Shown: positions 43,036 to 56,234 of the stretch, piece after piece | Numbering within the stretch: position 1 is the stretch's first letter | Layout of the letters: every line of letters starts with the position of its first letter | NCBI GenBank assembly: GCA_009914755.4 | Contig: CP068257.2 | Span: forward strand, 27,232,001-27,296,000 | DNA length: 64,000 bases | Direction: 5' to 3' | Origin: the human T2T-CHM13v2.0 reference genome, Homo sapiens | Program-made: the position numbers and the translations under genes | Notes under the pieces: model-generated | The model's input: only the letters and a program-made list of their open reading frames with translations | What the model was told of the DNA's origin: nothing | Databases searched by the model: none

Positions 43036-43164
43036 TATTTATTTGCTTCTATTGAGTTCTTATATTTTCAATGCCCTTATTTCCCCTGAACTAAATAATT
43101 TAGTGGGCTTTATGTCACTTTGTTCTCTTTCCCACTGCTATCTCACATCTTTTGCTTATACTGA

Positions 43165-43400
43165 TAGGCTTATCTTTGCCCCAATGTCAGTAGCTGTAGG
43201 GGCATATATTATCTTTATTTGGTAAGAAACTCACTGGTGAGTCCTACTAAACTTTTAAGAAACAGTGAATTTTCTGGCTCTACCACTTGGACGGTGTAAG
43301 GTTATTTCACCTCTCTGAGCCTTGGTTTCTCCTTCTGTCAAATGAAATTGTAACTGAAAATAAAGACAATATATGCCCCTATAGCTACTGCCGCTATAAT
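43165..43400 (+). repeat. Palindromic foldback: about 32-bp inverted arms (43185-43215 / 43365-43398) around an inverted copy of the 42545-42700 segment
   Basis: agtagctgtaggggcatatattatctttattt ... (RC copy of 42545-42700) ... aaataaagacaatatatgcccctatagctact. Also cttatctttgccccaatgtcagtagctgt is directly repeated at 42393 and 43168. Confidence 0.75.
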
Positions 43401-43749
43401 ATAAACGGACATGTATTATCTTTTTCTTTGTCTTGGTCCTAGCCCTTTAAAGATGACTTTCACATTGTTTGAAATGTCTATGCCCTTACTTATCTATTTT
43501 TGTCTGCTTGTTCCATCAGTTACAGAGAGAGGTGTGTTGAAGTCTCCCGCTATGATTGTGGATAATTCTATTTTTTTTAGCTGTTTCAATTTTTGCATCA
43601 TAGAATTCAAACTTATGCTAGTAGGTGACCAAATTTAGAATAATTATATCTTCCTGGTGAACTGAATTTTTATCATTGTGGAAATGTTCCTTTTTATCTT
43701 TAGTAAAGCTTTTTACCTGAACACCTATTTTGTCTGACATTAGTATAGG

Positions 43750-44105
43750 TACAGTAGGTGTCTGAGTCAGTTTGCTCTGCTATAACAAAGGACCATAGAC
43801 TGAGTGGCCTCTAAGCAACAGAAATTTACTCTTTATAGTTCTGGAGGCTGGAAGTCTGAGTTCAGGGTGCCAGCATGATTGGGTTGGAGTGAGGGCTCTC
43901 TTCCAGGTTACAGGCTACCATCTTCCCATTGTATCCTCACATGACAGAAAGAGAGCTGGAGAGCTCTCTTGGATCCCTTTATAAAGGCATGCATTCTATT
44001 CATGAGGATTCCACCTTGATGTGCTAAATTACCTACGAAAGATCCCACCTCCTAATACCATCACATTGGGGGCTAGGATTTCAACGTATGAATTTTGCAT
44101 GGACA
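43750..44105 (+). mobile_element. MaLR LTR, MLT1-like (sense)
   Basis: ctgagtcagtttgctctgctataacaaaggaccatagactgagtggcctctaagcaacagaaatttactctttatagttctggaggctggaagtctgagttcagggtgccagc...ttatcctcacatgacagaaag...ggattccaccttgatgtgctaaattacctacgaaagatcccacctcctaataccatcacattgggggctaggatttcaacgtatgaattttgcatggacaaattcagtccataacac. Confidence 0.75.
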
Positions 44106-44194
44106 AATTCAGTCCATAACACTAGGTTTTTTTGGATTTATATTTAGCATATTTTAGCTTTTTCCATCATTTTACTTTCAGTCTTTAAAAAAAT

Positions 44195-44345
44195 TAAGTT
44201 GTGTGTTATGAACTGAATGTATCCCTCCAAAATTCATACCCAGAAGCCCTAACACCTTCAATGTGTCTATATTTGGAGATGGGCCTCTAAGGAAGTAATT
44301 AAGCTTAAATGAGATCATAACCACTTACCTCCTAAAAGGTAAGAG
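44195..44345 (+). mobile_element. MaLR LTR 5' fragment
   Basis: tgtgttatgaactgaatgtatccctccaaaattcatacccagaagccctaacaccttcaatgtgtctatatttggagatgggcctctaaggaagtaattaagcttaaatgagatcataa. Confidence 0.6.
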
Positions 44346-45239
44346 CCAAAATAAATGACCATTTGATCTCAATTTCTATTTTTTTCAGAATATTCTACCC
44401 CTAAATGCAAATAAATTTACACAGAGCCCATTAATTTTATATGAAGTAGGTGTTATTCTTATTTTGATAATTACACAAAGATAAATGGGAGCTAGAAGCA
44501 ATTTTCAAAACAAAATAAGCAGGAGGGAAGACAGTTCTGTTTTCCCAGCCTCTGTTCCTGGTCTCTCATTTCTGGCTCAAGGACTACCACACTCTGGAGC
44601 CCTGAGAATCAGCTTTCTGGAGTTTTGGGGTATGCTGCGTGCTCCTGACAAGCTAATTGCATGGACAAGGAAAATGGGATAAAAGTTGGCAAAATGGGGA
44701 TTGGCTAAGGGAATAAATAATAGATAAAAGTGATAAAGGAGAGATAAAGGAAGGCAGTATGATGATGAGAAAGAGATCAGAAAGTAGTATTTTGTGGAAA
44801 GAAACATGTGATGACCCCACATAAAGTAGGCAGTATGCTCCATTAAAAACACCATCATATTAAATTCTGTTAAGAGGGCATTTCAGGAATATCAGGTTCT
44901 AGAATGATGAGAGGTACAAATGCTTTAACTCGTTTGCTTTATTGGTTAAATTTTATTTATTATCTTATTTAATATTTTAAATGGTATACGATGTGATATT
45001 TTGGTATATGTATACATTGTGAAATTATTGAATCGAACATATCTGTCACTTCACAGTTATTTTATGTGTGTGGTGAGAACACTTATCTACTGTCTTAGCA
45101 AGTTTCAAGTCTACAATACATCATGACTGACTGTAATCACCATGCTGTTGAATAGATATCCAGAACTTACTCATACTATCTGAATGAAACTTTGTACCCT
45201 TTGTTTTTGTTTTTTGGGGGGTTTTTTTGTTTTGTTTTG

Positions 45240-45538
45240 TTTTTTGAGACAGGGTCTTGCTCTGTTGCCCAGTGTTGCCCAGGCTGGAGTACAGTGGCAC
45301 CGTCACAGCTCACTGAAGCCCCGACCTCCTGTGCTCAATCAATCCGCTTGCTTCAGCTTCCCGAGTAAACGGTACTACAGGCACGCATCACCATGTTGGG
45401 CTAATTTTTAATATTTTTTGTAGAGACAAGGTCTCACTGTGTTGCCCAGACTGATCTTGAACTTCTGAGTTGAAGCGATCCTCCTGCCTCAGCCTCTCAA
45501 TGTGCTGGAATTACAGGCGTGAGCTACCATGCCTGGCC
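45240..45538 (-). mobile_element. Alu SINE (antisense)
   Basis: ttttttgagacagggtcttgctctgttgcccagtgttgcccaggctggagtacagtggcaccgtcacagctcactgaagcc...tgtgctggaattacaggcgtgagctaccatgcctggcc. Confidence 0.88.
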
Positions 45539-45611
45539 CTTTGACTTGGTTTGATCTTTAAGGGCATGAGTTATCAGATAAGAATCTACCTCTTCCTAGC
45601 TCTGTGGCCTT

Positions 45612-45903
45612 AACCTTTTTTTTTTTTTTGACAGGATCTTACTCTTACCCAGGCTGAAGTGCAGTGGCTTGATCATAGCTCACCCCAGCCTTGAACTCCT
45701 GGGCTCAGGCATCCTCACACCTCAGCCTCCAGAGTAGCTGGGACTATAGACAAGCCACTGCCATGTCCAGCTAATTTAAAAAATTTTTTGTAGAGACAAA
45801 GCCTCACTATGTTGCCCAAGCTGGTCTCAAATTCCTGGACTTGGGCGATCCTCTGCCTCAGCCTTCCAAAATGCTGGAATTACAGGTGAGCCACCATGCC
45901 CAG
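45612..45903 (-). mobile_element. Alu SINE (antisense)
   Basis: poly-T + gacaggatcttactcttacccaggctgaagtgcagtggcttgatcatagctcaccccagcc...aaatgctggaattacaggtgagccaccatgcccagccc. Confidence 0.88.
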
Positions 45904-46934
45904 CCCTTAACGTCTTTAAACTGTCATTTTCTCATTTGTTGAATGAATATCACAATAGTACCCACCTCATAGGGTAGTTCTGGGGATTAAATAAAATATT
46001 TAGTTAAAATCTTGGCACATTGTAAGCACTCCATAAGTGTTACCTACTTTTGGTATTATCATTGTTGTTATAACGATTATTATTATTGGCGTATAGGTTG
46101 GCAATAGAAAATTATAACCCTCATGCTTAATTCAGCCCTAATTAGAAATTATAACTGAATCTAGCAGCTGCGAGCGGCAGCAGTTTAATGAAGAACGAGT
46201 TGTCATAAAATTTAAATTATATCTATCCATAGCTAGTTTCTATTTGTAATTGAGTTTTTTCCAAGTTTGTTTGTTACAAATGGAAAAGAGCTTTGCTGTA
46301 ATCATAAGAGATTTGATTTAACAGTTCTAAAGCCCGCTGACCTGATTGTGGAGGTTCTGACTTTAAATATGTAAAGCAGCCTGTGTGCTTGCCATCCTTG
46401 TTTGTTGCTTAAAAAAAATTATATTTTCTTATTATGTTGGTTAAGGAAAATTATATTTGTTAGAATATGTTTGTTGTAGAAATTAAACTTACCCATCAAG
46501 CCTTATGCTGTACACCCCAGCACTCCAACCATTAACTTGCTATCCGCAGTTTTTGATTTGCATCTGTGACTTCACTAGAATCTTAGTGGCCTTTGTCTCT
46601 ACCAGTGTATTTGTAATAAACTAAATTATCCTCAGAGACTTAATTGGTAACATAAGTGCAAGACTTTGCCTCTGAAAATACAGCTTTTAGAAATAACATT
46701 ATGCCTTTATAAGGTGTATTCCAAGGAAGACAAATATGTAAACATTCTTCATGTCATCAGAGTTTATAGTATTTTTCTGGAGTGGAAGGTTATTATTCCT
46801 ATTTTCCCAAAAAGTACCAGGGGGTCAGTGACTTCTTCCAGGTCAATAGCTTCTGTCTGGAATTACCAAGACCATAACTTGAATCACCTATTGCAAATTC
46901 CCTTTCTAGTCCATAACATTGTTGTGCAAAATTG

Positions 46935-47045
46935 AAATACTTATGTGACACCAAAACAAAAACGAAAACCAAACAAACCCAAAAACCAAAATCCCAAAAC
47001 CCCCCAAAAAACTAACACAAAAAACTAAACTAAAAAACCTAATAA
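46935..47045. repeat. A-rich low-complexity tract (CAAAA/AAAAC-type)
   Basis: acaccaaaacaaaaacgaaaaccaaacaaacccaaaaaccaaaatcccaaaaccccccaaaaaactaacacaaaaaactaaactaaaaaacc. Confidence 0.9.
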
Positions 47046-48149
47046 ATCCTAAGTCAGGTGGAAACACTTCAAATAGTTTCTGGATGTGAGAGCTTCTCAG
47101 AAGCTAATAAAGATTCCTGGCTCTATTGGATGGAATGCTAAGAAGCTATTTTGGTTGGATTGGGAACATTTATTAATGTCTTCATGTGAGCAGCAGTAAA
47201 AGTGTACTACCTATTAAAAGTTACCTATTTGCTTATTTTGCCCACCATTTTCAGATATGAGCTTCTGACATTTCAACAAAACTAATGACCAGCTTGTTTT
47301 GGGTAACCAGTTTCTTGCAGTTGATTATTATCCCCCAGAAATCCCTCTGTGCCAAGTCTTGTAGCCAAAACAGTTATTTAACCCAAGTACAGTCATGTGC
47401 CGAATAATGATGTTTCAGCCAACAATGACCGCATTTAAGACAGTGGTCCCATAAGATTATAACAGAACATAAACAGAAACCTGATATGTAACACTTGATA
47501 TTGGCACTGCAGATTAAGCAGGGGAAATGACCGATAATTCAGTTAAGGTTCTGAGACATTTGGTTTTCCATATGAAAAATATGTATAAATTAAATATATA
47601 TGTATACATATACCATCAATGTTTGTGTAAGTATACTCTGATATTTGCACAATGACAAAATGGTCTAATGTCACATTTCTCAGAACATATCTCCATCATT
47701 AAGCAACATATGCCAGGAATAATTATGAATAGGTATAATAACTGCAAAAAGTCATGTAAAATAGATGGAACTGCCAGTGCTGAACAAATGAAGAGGATAA
47801 ATGAATGGTTTCTATGTAAAAGGTAAATGAATGTCAGTAAGAAATAGCACTCTCATGCTTCCATTTGCCAGAAGTATCACCTTTGGTTGGTTGTGGGTAA
47901 TGTCAATTATTGAAATAATTAAGTGAATATGGAATCCAGAGACTAAAATACTGAGCGATCAATCAGTGTGTATGACAAACCCTTCTGTGTATAGAAACAT
48001 AGATTCTATGGGAGGTGAAGGCATGTCTGAGGCACAGCTATGGTTTCAAAAGACTTTATAGTTTGATTTATAAAGCAATATTTGATACAGAAATACCAGA
48101 ACTTTAGAGCTGGAATAAAATAGAGGAAGTTTCTGTTTTTGTTTTGTTT

Positions 48150-48433
48150 TTTGACATGGAGTCGTCTCACTCTGTCACCCAGGCTGGATGGAGTGCAGTG
48201 GCGTGAACTCGGCTCACTGCAACCTCTGAGTTCAAATGATTCTCCTGCCTTAGCCACACGAGTAGCTGGAATTATAGGGGTGTGCCACCATGCGGGGCTT
48301 TTATTCTTTGTATTTTTAGTAGAGATGGGGTTTCACTATGTTGGTCAGGCTGGTCTTGCACTCCTGACCTCAAGTGATCCCCCCACCTAGGCCTACCAAA
48401 GTAGGGATTACAGGCATGAACTATCGCGCCTGG
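48150..48433 (-). mobile_element. Alu SINE (antisense)
   Basis: ttttttgacatggagtcgtctcactctgtcacccaggctggatggagtgcagtggcgtgaactcggctcactgcaacc...aaagtagggattacaggcatgaactatcgcgcctggcc. Confidence 0.88.
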
Positions 48434-48436
48434 CCT

Positions 48437-48580
48437 AAAATAAAAAGAAATTGTAAAACTAGAAGAGAACTTAGAGATCACCTAGCCCGAGAAATTGTAA
48501 AACTAGAAGAGAACTTAGAGATCACCTAGCCCGAGAAATTGTAAAACTAGAAGAGAACTTAGAGATCACCTAGCCTAATA
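48437..48580. repeat. 44-bp minisatellite, 3 tandem copies
   Basis: aaattgtaaaactagaagagaacttagagatcacctagcccgag repeated three times, nearly perfectly, directly 3' of the Alu. Confidence 0.95.
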
Positions 48581-49087
48581 CTCATGGTTAAAGAGGTAAT
48601 TTAGTGAGAACTTAAAATGCAAGCTATAATTTTAGCTTATATCACAGGCCCATTCCTTCTCTTATATATTTTTTATTTTCCGCCTTCATATTGAGCATGT
48701 GCCAGTTCATTGATGTTACCACTTCTCAAGCTAAAAGTATCATCTGCATGTCACCCAGTGATGGCAATGGACCCGGTCACAGTGATTCAAGGGTCCCCAA
48801 AAAGGGTGCTGTCCTTGTCCATTGATGACTGAGGAAGGGGTGCTTCTTTTCTGCCTATTCTGACACCATATTATCTGTGGTGGTACCAAAGCTACTGGAC
48901 ACTCCTGATGGCAAGAGGTGTAAACCCAAATGCAGATGAATGAAGGAAGAAAAAAGACAATCAAAGCTGTGCTGTAAAGGAGACAGACAGCCCCCAACCC
49001 CCTGCCCTGAAAAGGAGAGCTATATTGTCAGCCACCCGAAAAAAGGCATGACCAGTGGACTTCAGGATCAATGTGGTCAGATGTCTT

Positions 49088-49315
49088 TTTTTTTTTTTAA
49101 GAGATGGAATCTTGCTGTATTGCCCCGGTTGGAGTGCAGTGGCTATTCACAGGCACTATTATAGCACACTATAGCCTTGATCTCCTGGTCTCAAGTTGCC
49201 CTCCTGCCTTAACCTCCTGGGTAGCTGGAACTACAGGCACATGCCACCACACCCGACCAGAATTTTTTTTTTTAACAGAGTCTCACCTTGTTGCCCAGGC
49301 TAGAGTGCAGCTTGT
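49088..49315 (-). mobile_element. Fragmented Alu sequences (antisense)
   Basis: tttttttaagagatggaatcttgctgtattgccccggttggagtgcagtggc...agccttgatctcctggtctcaagttgccctcctgccttaacctcctgggtagctggaactacaggcacatgccaccacacccgacc...ttaacagagtctcaccttgttgcccaggctagagtgcag. Confidence 0.75.
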
Positions 49316-49639
49316 TTTAAGTGTTCTATAGCTCCATTAGTATGAAATATCTGTGTGTAAATTGATAACGACAAAGCTATTTTGATTGACAAAGTATCAG
49401 ACTTTGGATAAAATCATAAATTATATAGATATCGCAATCAATTTCAAATTCATTTTGGCATCATAACTTTCTTAAGTTAGAAAGAACACCATATTTAGCA
49501 TATAATCTATACATGCATTACCTGCATTGTGGGGATTTTAAGCATGTCCATACATTCTTTGACACCTCTCTGTCCAAAATGTGAAGTCTACTTCTCTAGC
49601 ACCTGAGTGTGAGATAGACTTAGTGGTTCATTTCCAAGG

Positions 49640-50330
49640 AATAGAGTATGGAAGGGAGAAAACAATAACCACATGAAGTACATGTAGACATCTATTTCAA
49701 AAAATAAAAACAAAATGACAAAAAACAAAAAATTATGAATATAATTGAAAATTAATCTCACTTATGAATATACAGAACAAGAAAAATTATAGTTTATTTG
49801 TAAATGAAGATTCAAAATTTGAAAAATAAAATATTTTAAATCTACAAGTATATTATTAGTAATACTACTGATCATGACCAATTTGGGTTTATCCCAGAAT
49901 GCAAGGGTGGTTCAAAATTATGTAATCCACCGTAATAGAGAGGAGGGGAGGGGGGAAACACTTGCCATCTTAATAGAAGTAGGAAAAGCATTTTATAAAA
50001 CTCATCATCCACTCAGGACTTAAAAATATAAGCAAATAGAAACTTCCTAACCTAATATATTGGAAGTAGCTCAAAGCTGGGGTACATCACATTTAATGAC
50101 TTAAAATATTCCATTTTAAAGTCAATCAAAAGACAAAGGTAACTGCTTACTAAGAAGTCTTCCCAGCTAAGACAAGAAAACAAAATAAGATGTGAAATTT
50201 ATAGGCACTGTCTTCAAAACTACTGTCAAGCAGACTATGACAAAGCTCATGTTATGCAGGCATGAGAGGGAGTACGTATTGGGATAAGGGGATGTTAAAT
50301 GAAGGGAAGTGCTTTCCAAAAATGTAACTA
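49640..50330 (+). mobile_element. Ancient L1 ORF2 fragment (sense)
   Basis: + strand translates to ...DHDQFGFIPECKGGSKLCNPP..., a diverged L1 reverse-transcriptase core ([17 protein letters not shown]). Confidence 0.65.
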
Positions 50331-51484
50331 CTTAATTATAATCTTGTGACAAACAGCTACAAAACCACTTTTAATAATACATTCTTTCTGTGATAGAAAA
50401 TGTAATCTTTTCACTTTGTAAAAGCTGTCAGTTCTATTACTAGGGAAGAATTAGGCTTTGATTACATACAATTTCTATTTCATTTCTCCCTTTTTTCCAG
50501 CAGTGGCTAGATTCCTAGCAACAGAGTCTCTGGAAGATCTCACCCAAGGAGTAAGGCAGTTTTTTCAACATTTCTAGCATTAGGACTTGGTTGGCTCACC
50601 TGCAAGACAGTGTGAGATTCTATTCATGATAGATTCCCTAACACCAAATCTAAAGTTGAGAGATATTTTTAAATTTCTATAAGATAGTCAATAAAGATCT
50701 GCTGGTGTGTTTAACTCTGGTCTGGGAACCTGCTAAACTTTCACTTACCATATTTGCCAGAAGAGTATCTTCAAACTTTATCACCTACATACCTCTAAAT
50801 AAAATTTAAGAATGTACACTTTCATGTATTTTTAAGTTGATAACTAACATTTATCATCATAAATTTAAGTAAGTGCAAATAAGATAATTTCAAGTGGCAT
50901 ACTGTAAATATTTACATTTTCAAAAATAAAAACTTTTGTCATTCTTTTAAATGTATCTAATAGAATCTAAGTACCATAGCAATTTGATTCCCACCATTAT
51001 CAACATAATACATAAACAAGCTCTTCAATAGTGAGACATTAAACATCATTCACTGGATCTTTGTTTATATTTTGCTTTCCTCACAGAATTATAGTATATT
51101 TTACTGCTTAAAATATTTATCTCCTAAGGTACTTCTCTGAAACGAATATAAATTGAAATTTAAAAAATTTCCTATAACTAAAAGGCTATAAGTATTAAAA
51201 ATAACTTTTTTCTAAATTATTACAGTAACTATTAGAATGCAGTAGATAATATCACAAACATGAATATTTTTACACACAAGTATTACACATAAAACATTAA
51301 AAATCTTACTGGAAATTCATCTGAGAATCAAGACCAATTTGTAGTGTTTTTTTTAGTTCATCTTTCCGTGGGTATATATGATTTATAACTAGCATGACAT
51401 AGCAGTCAACATAAATTACATTCCCATTTTTCCTATCTATAGATGAGATCATTTTTAATGTAAAACAAATAGATGAGAATGTAG

Positions 51485-52110
51485 TTTTGTTCCGTTTTTG
51501 TTTTAACTTTTAATTTTCATGGGTACATGGGTGTATATATTTATGGGGTACATGAGATTTTTGATACAGGCAAGCAGTGTGTAATAATCATATCATGTAA
51601 AATGGGGTAGCCATCCCCACAAGCATTTATCCTTTGTGTTACAAACAATACAATTATATTCCTCTAGTTATTCTAACTTGTAAATTAAATTATTATTGAC
51701 TATAGTCACCTTGTTGTCCTATCAAATACTAGGTATTATTCATTCTATTTTTTTGTACCTATTAACCATCCCCACCTCCAACCCCCACCCCACCCCCTGT
51801 GTCATTACCCTTCTCAGTCTCTGGTAACCATCCTTCTACTCCCTATGTCCATGAGTTCAATTGTTTTGATTTTTAGATCCCACAAATAAGTGAGAACATG
51901 CAATGTTTGCCTTCCTATGCCTGGCTTAAGTCACTTAGCGTAATAACGTCCAGTTCCATCCATGTTGTTGCAAATGACAGAATCTCATTCTTTTTTATGG
52001 CTGAATAGCACTCCACTATGTAGTACATTTTCTTTATCCAGAGAATGGAGATTTGTAATAATTCAATTCTTTGTCACTCAGTGCCACTGCATCCATCAAT
52101 TTTTTTAGTA
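51485..52110 (-). mobile_element. L1 3' end (antisense); terminus near 51485
   Basis: + strand reads the reverse complement of the L1 3' terminus: ttttaattttcatgggtacatgggtgtatatatttatggggtacatgagatttttgatacaggcaagcagtgtgtaataatcatatcatgtaaaatggggtagccatccccacaagcatttatcctttgtgttacaaacaatacaattatattc...ccaccccaccccctgtgtcattacccttctcagtctctggtaaccatccttctactccctatgtccatgagttcaattgttttgatttttagatcccacaaataagtgagaacatgcaatgtttg... Confidence 0.85.
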
Positions 52111-54080
52111 ATACGTCAAAAATGAAATAAATTTTAATGATTTAATGGCTGACAGCCTGCCTAGGCTTTTGTTTAATTTTATTGAAAGCAAATAACTGAA
52201 AACCAGTGAGTTGCAAAAAAGGGTTAGCCATTATTGGAGTCTCTTTCTCAACACATTTTCAAATGACCTGTATAGACTGGAAGGGTTTTTTGTTTGTTTG
52301 TTTTGCTTTTCCCACCTTGACAATGGTGAAACTGAGAAAGATGGGTGAAAATTATGCCTTTCTTTTAAAAAAGGACATATGTGAAAGGGGCAGGTGGGAA
52401 AAGAGAACCAGTCTGAGACAGGTATATAAATGGGAAGATCAAATTTTGGAAAGAGTATCGAGGAAGTGGAGGAAATGAAAATGGATTAAAATTCTCCTTG
52501 CACAAGTACCTCTTGAAATGTCTTGGTGTGCACTATTGTGCTAACCTCTCTTTTAGATATAAGGGTACATACTGCATCTAGGATTTAAGAATAAATGTGT
52601 ATCAATTAGTATTTCTGCTAATTAATTAAGGTGCATTCACTTGTGTATATTGGATGAAGTTAAACTGATGAACTTATCTGGAGAGTGGAGGGGTGTACAG
52701 TGAAGTGAAAGGCAATCGTTACTTAGTCAGGAAGCCCTTTTAAAGGGTGTCCTAGTCTTAATAAAGACAATGGTGAGGATTTGGCCAAAGAAAAACTTTA
52801 GCCCACGGATTGACTTGTTTATGTTTTCTTACCCTGCAATAAATTGAGTATTATAATGTCTCTTAAGGTGAGTCTCTTTTGTGAATTAAAATAGTCATAA
52901 AGTCAGCCAAAGTATCGAAGGTTAAAAAAAAAAAAAAGTTAAATTCAAACTAAAGTATACAGTGAAAGTTTCTGAACCAAGCCAGATGGTATCCTGGTTT
53001 GAAGAGATCAGATAGAAAGGGCATGTGCGATCCACAGCTGACTTAACCAGTGCTTTCACATCCCAGCCTCTGTGTAGCTAAGCTTGAGTTGGTGACTGCA
53101 TATAAAAGCTTGTGAAAGTAAAATAAATCTAGGGACCCCAAAATCACTAAGCTAATGGGAAGAGTCAAGCTGGGAGCTGCTTAGGGCAAACCTGCCTCCC
53201 CTTCTATTCAAAGTCATCCGTCTGAGGCTCACCTGAAACAAACGCATATCTGATTGCTTCCTCTCTCCTATTGTTTCTGTGAAAATGCAGATCCACTGAA
53301 CCAGACTAAATTGTGTATTCAGTGGAAGGCTGATCTACGACTTAAAAGAATGCAACCTTTTGCGTCTTACCTACTTCTAACGGGGCCACTTCGAGTTGTC
53401 CTGCCTTACCGGACTGAACTAATGTACATCTTACACATAGCTGTCTCATGTCTCCCTAAAATGTATAAAAGCAAACTGTACCCCCAAACACCTTGGGCAC
53501 GTGTCTCAGGACTTCCTGAAGCTATGCCATGGGCACATCCTTAACTTTGGCAAAATAAACTTCCTAAATTGACTGAGACCTGTCTCACATATTTTGTGTT
53601 CACAAGCTCTACATGGATTTAAGGCACAGATGGTAAAGGTTTTCCAAAAGTGCTCAAGCAGGGATACCAAAACATTGTATGTGCATATATGACTGCTATA
53701 AAGGTTATACATTATCCACAAAAAGCAAAGAGAAAGAATGGAATTGACATTCTAAGACTTATCTAGGTAACTGCTTCTCTCTAGTGGAGCTTTTGTCATT
53801 AAACAAATTGTGGGGACTTCTCTTATTTTGGCTAGAATATACTTTTGTCAGGCCAGTGACTCTACTCAAAAATGAGATACACTTACAGATACAGAAACAT
53901 AGATGAGGATATCCGCTTAAACAAGAGAGCCACCAAGGTAGTAAGAAATTGAAGGGTCAAGACCGTGTCCAAAAGGGAAGTGCAAAGGTGAGAATGACAT
54001 TTAGCACCTGTTTTCCCCTTGAGGCAACTGCCAATTCATAAGCAGTAGCCTAAGGCTAAGAAGCTAAATAGTGGGAAATA

Positions 54081-54308
54081 ATGAGCAGAAAACAGAGGAC
54101 CAGAGGTTGAAAAGGTGAGCAGAATTTTAGGCTGTCTTACATGTCTGGGAATACAAAAACAAGTTCAGGATCAATCAAGGTGAAAGAACCTTGAATGAGC
54201 AGAAAACAGAGGACCAGAGGTTGAAAAGGTGAGCAGAATTTTAGGCTGTCTTACATGTCTGGGAATACAAAAACAAGTTCAGGATCAATCAAGGTGAAAG
54301 AACCTTGA
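54081..54308. repeat. Perfect tandem duplication of a 114-bp unit (2 copies)
   Basis: atgagcagaaaacagaggaccagaggttgaaaaggtgagcagaattttaggctgtcttacatgtctgggaatacaaaaacaagttcaggatcaatcaaggtgaaagaaccttga occurs at 54081-54194 and again at 54195-54308 with no mismatch visible. Confidence 0.92.
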
Positions 54309-55278
54309 ATGAAAAGTAAATATACCAACCCTCAAAAGGACTAAAGCTCAGCTGTTTCATCAGCTAATTGCCACACTGATCTGCTCTTATCCAAACTGTT
54401 TGCTAGAAGCAAAAAGAAAACTGTCTGTGAAAAAAAGATAGTATCAAGAGTTAATGTCATCAACTCAATAATTTTTCATTCACATGTCAGGCATTCAGAC
54501 AAAAATTATTGACCATGCTAAAAGATAAGACCAAATGACTGAAAATAGAAAAGTGGAAACTGTATTAAGAATTATCAAGCATGGGCTTCCAAATTACTTG
54601 TAAGTAACTGTAATTAATATGCTCTAGAAAATATACAAGATGATGAATTTCAGCAGAGGGTCCAAATCAGTAAAAATAATTAAATGGAACTTGTAGAAAT
54701 TAAAAATAATAGAACTGAAATTAAGAACGCAGTAAATGAGTTAAATGACAGCTTAGACATAGCTGAAGACAAGTTCAGTGAATTACAAAATAGGTCAATA
54801 AAAATCCAGAATGAGCATGAAGAGAAAAAACGAATAAAACAACAAAACAGAAAAGAATCTAACACACGTATGGCTAATGGTGAAAAGCCCTGAGTAGGCG
54901 AGGAAAGAGACAATTGGGGCAAAAGTGATAGAAGAAGAGATTATGCCTGAGAATTTTCCAAAAATAATGAAAGACACCAAATCACAGATTCACCTAGAGA
55001 CATCATAGTAAAACTGTTTAAAACCCAAAACAAAGGGAAAATAAAAGCAGCTGGGGGTAGAGTGGGGTAGGGTACACATTTTCTTAAAAGGAATAAGATT
55101 CACAGATGACTTTGCAACAGAAACAGTAGAACTCCAAAAGAAAAGTAATACTGCCAAGATGATGAAAGAATTACCAGATGCAAAATGGAATGAAGAAATA
55201 TACAAAGGGGTAAATGTGAAGAAAAATATAAATGAATATATAGATTCATAAAACAATAATAATGTCCTGTGGTGTTTA

Positions 55279-55943
<665 letters not shown>

Positions 55944-56234
55944 TGACAAAAAGAATTTATATGAGATGTTGATAAGTCAGGTATTAATGTTGGAATCTCT
56001 AGGATAACCTTAAATAATATATTCTATGATGTGAAAGAAAAGAAACTAATAGGAGGGGAAAATAGAAATAAAAAAGAGAAATGGAATACAAAACAGATGG
56101 AAAAATTAGAAAACGAATTATAAACTATCTTAGTAATTACATTATATAAATGAATTAAATGTTACAATTAAGAAGAAAAATTATCACACTGGATAGAAAT
56201 GATTGTACATCTTAAAGGCATACTTTAGAAAATT

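Noticed and set aside
48437-48580. Three 44-bp direct repeats checked as a possible CRISPR-like array
   Set aside because: No spacers, only 3 copies, and they sit in primate genomic DNA beside an Alu. This is a minisatellite.
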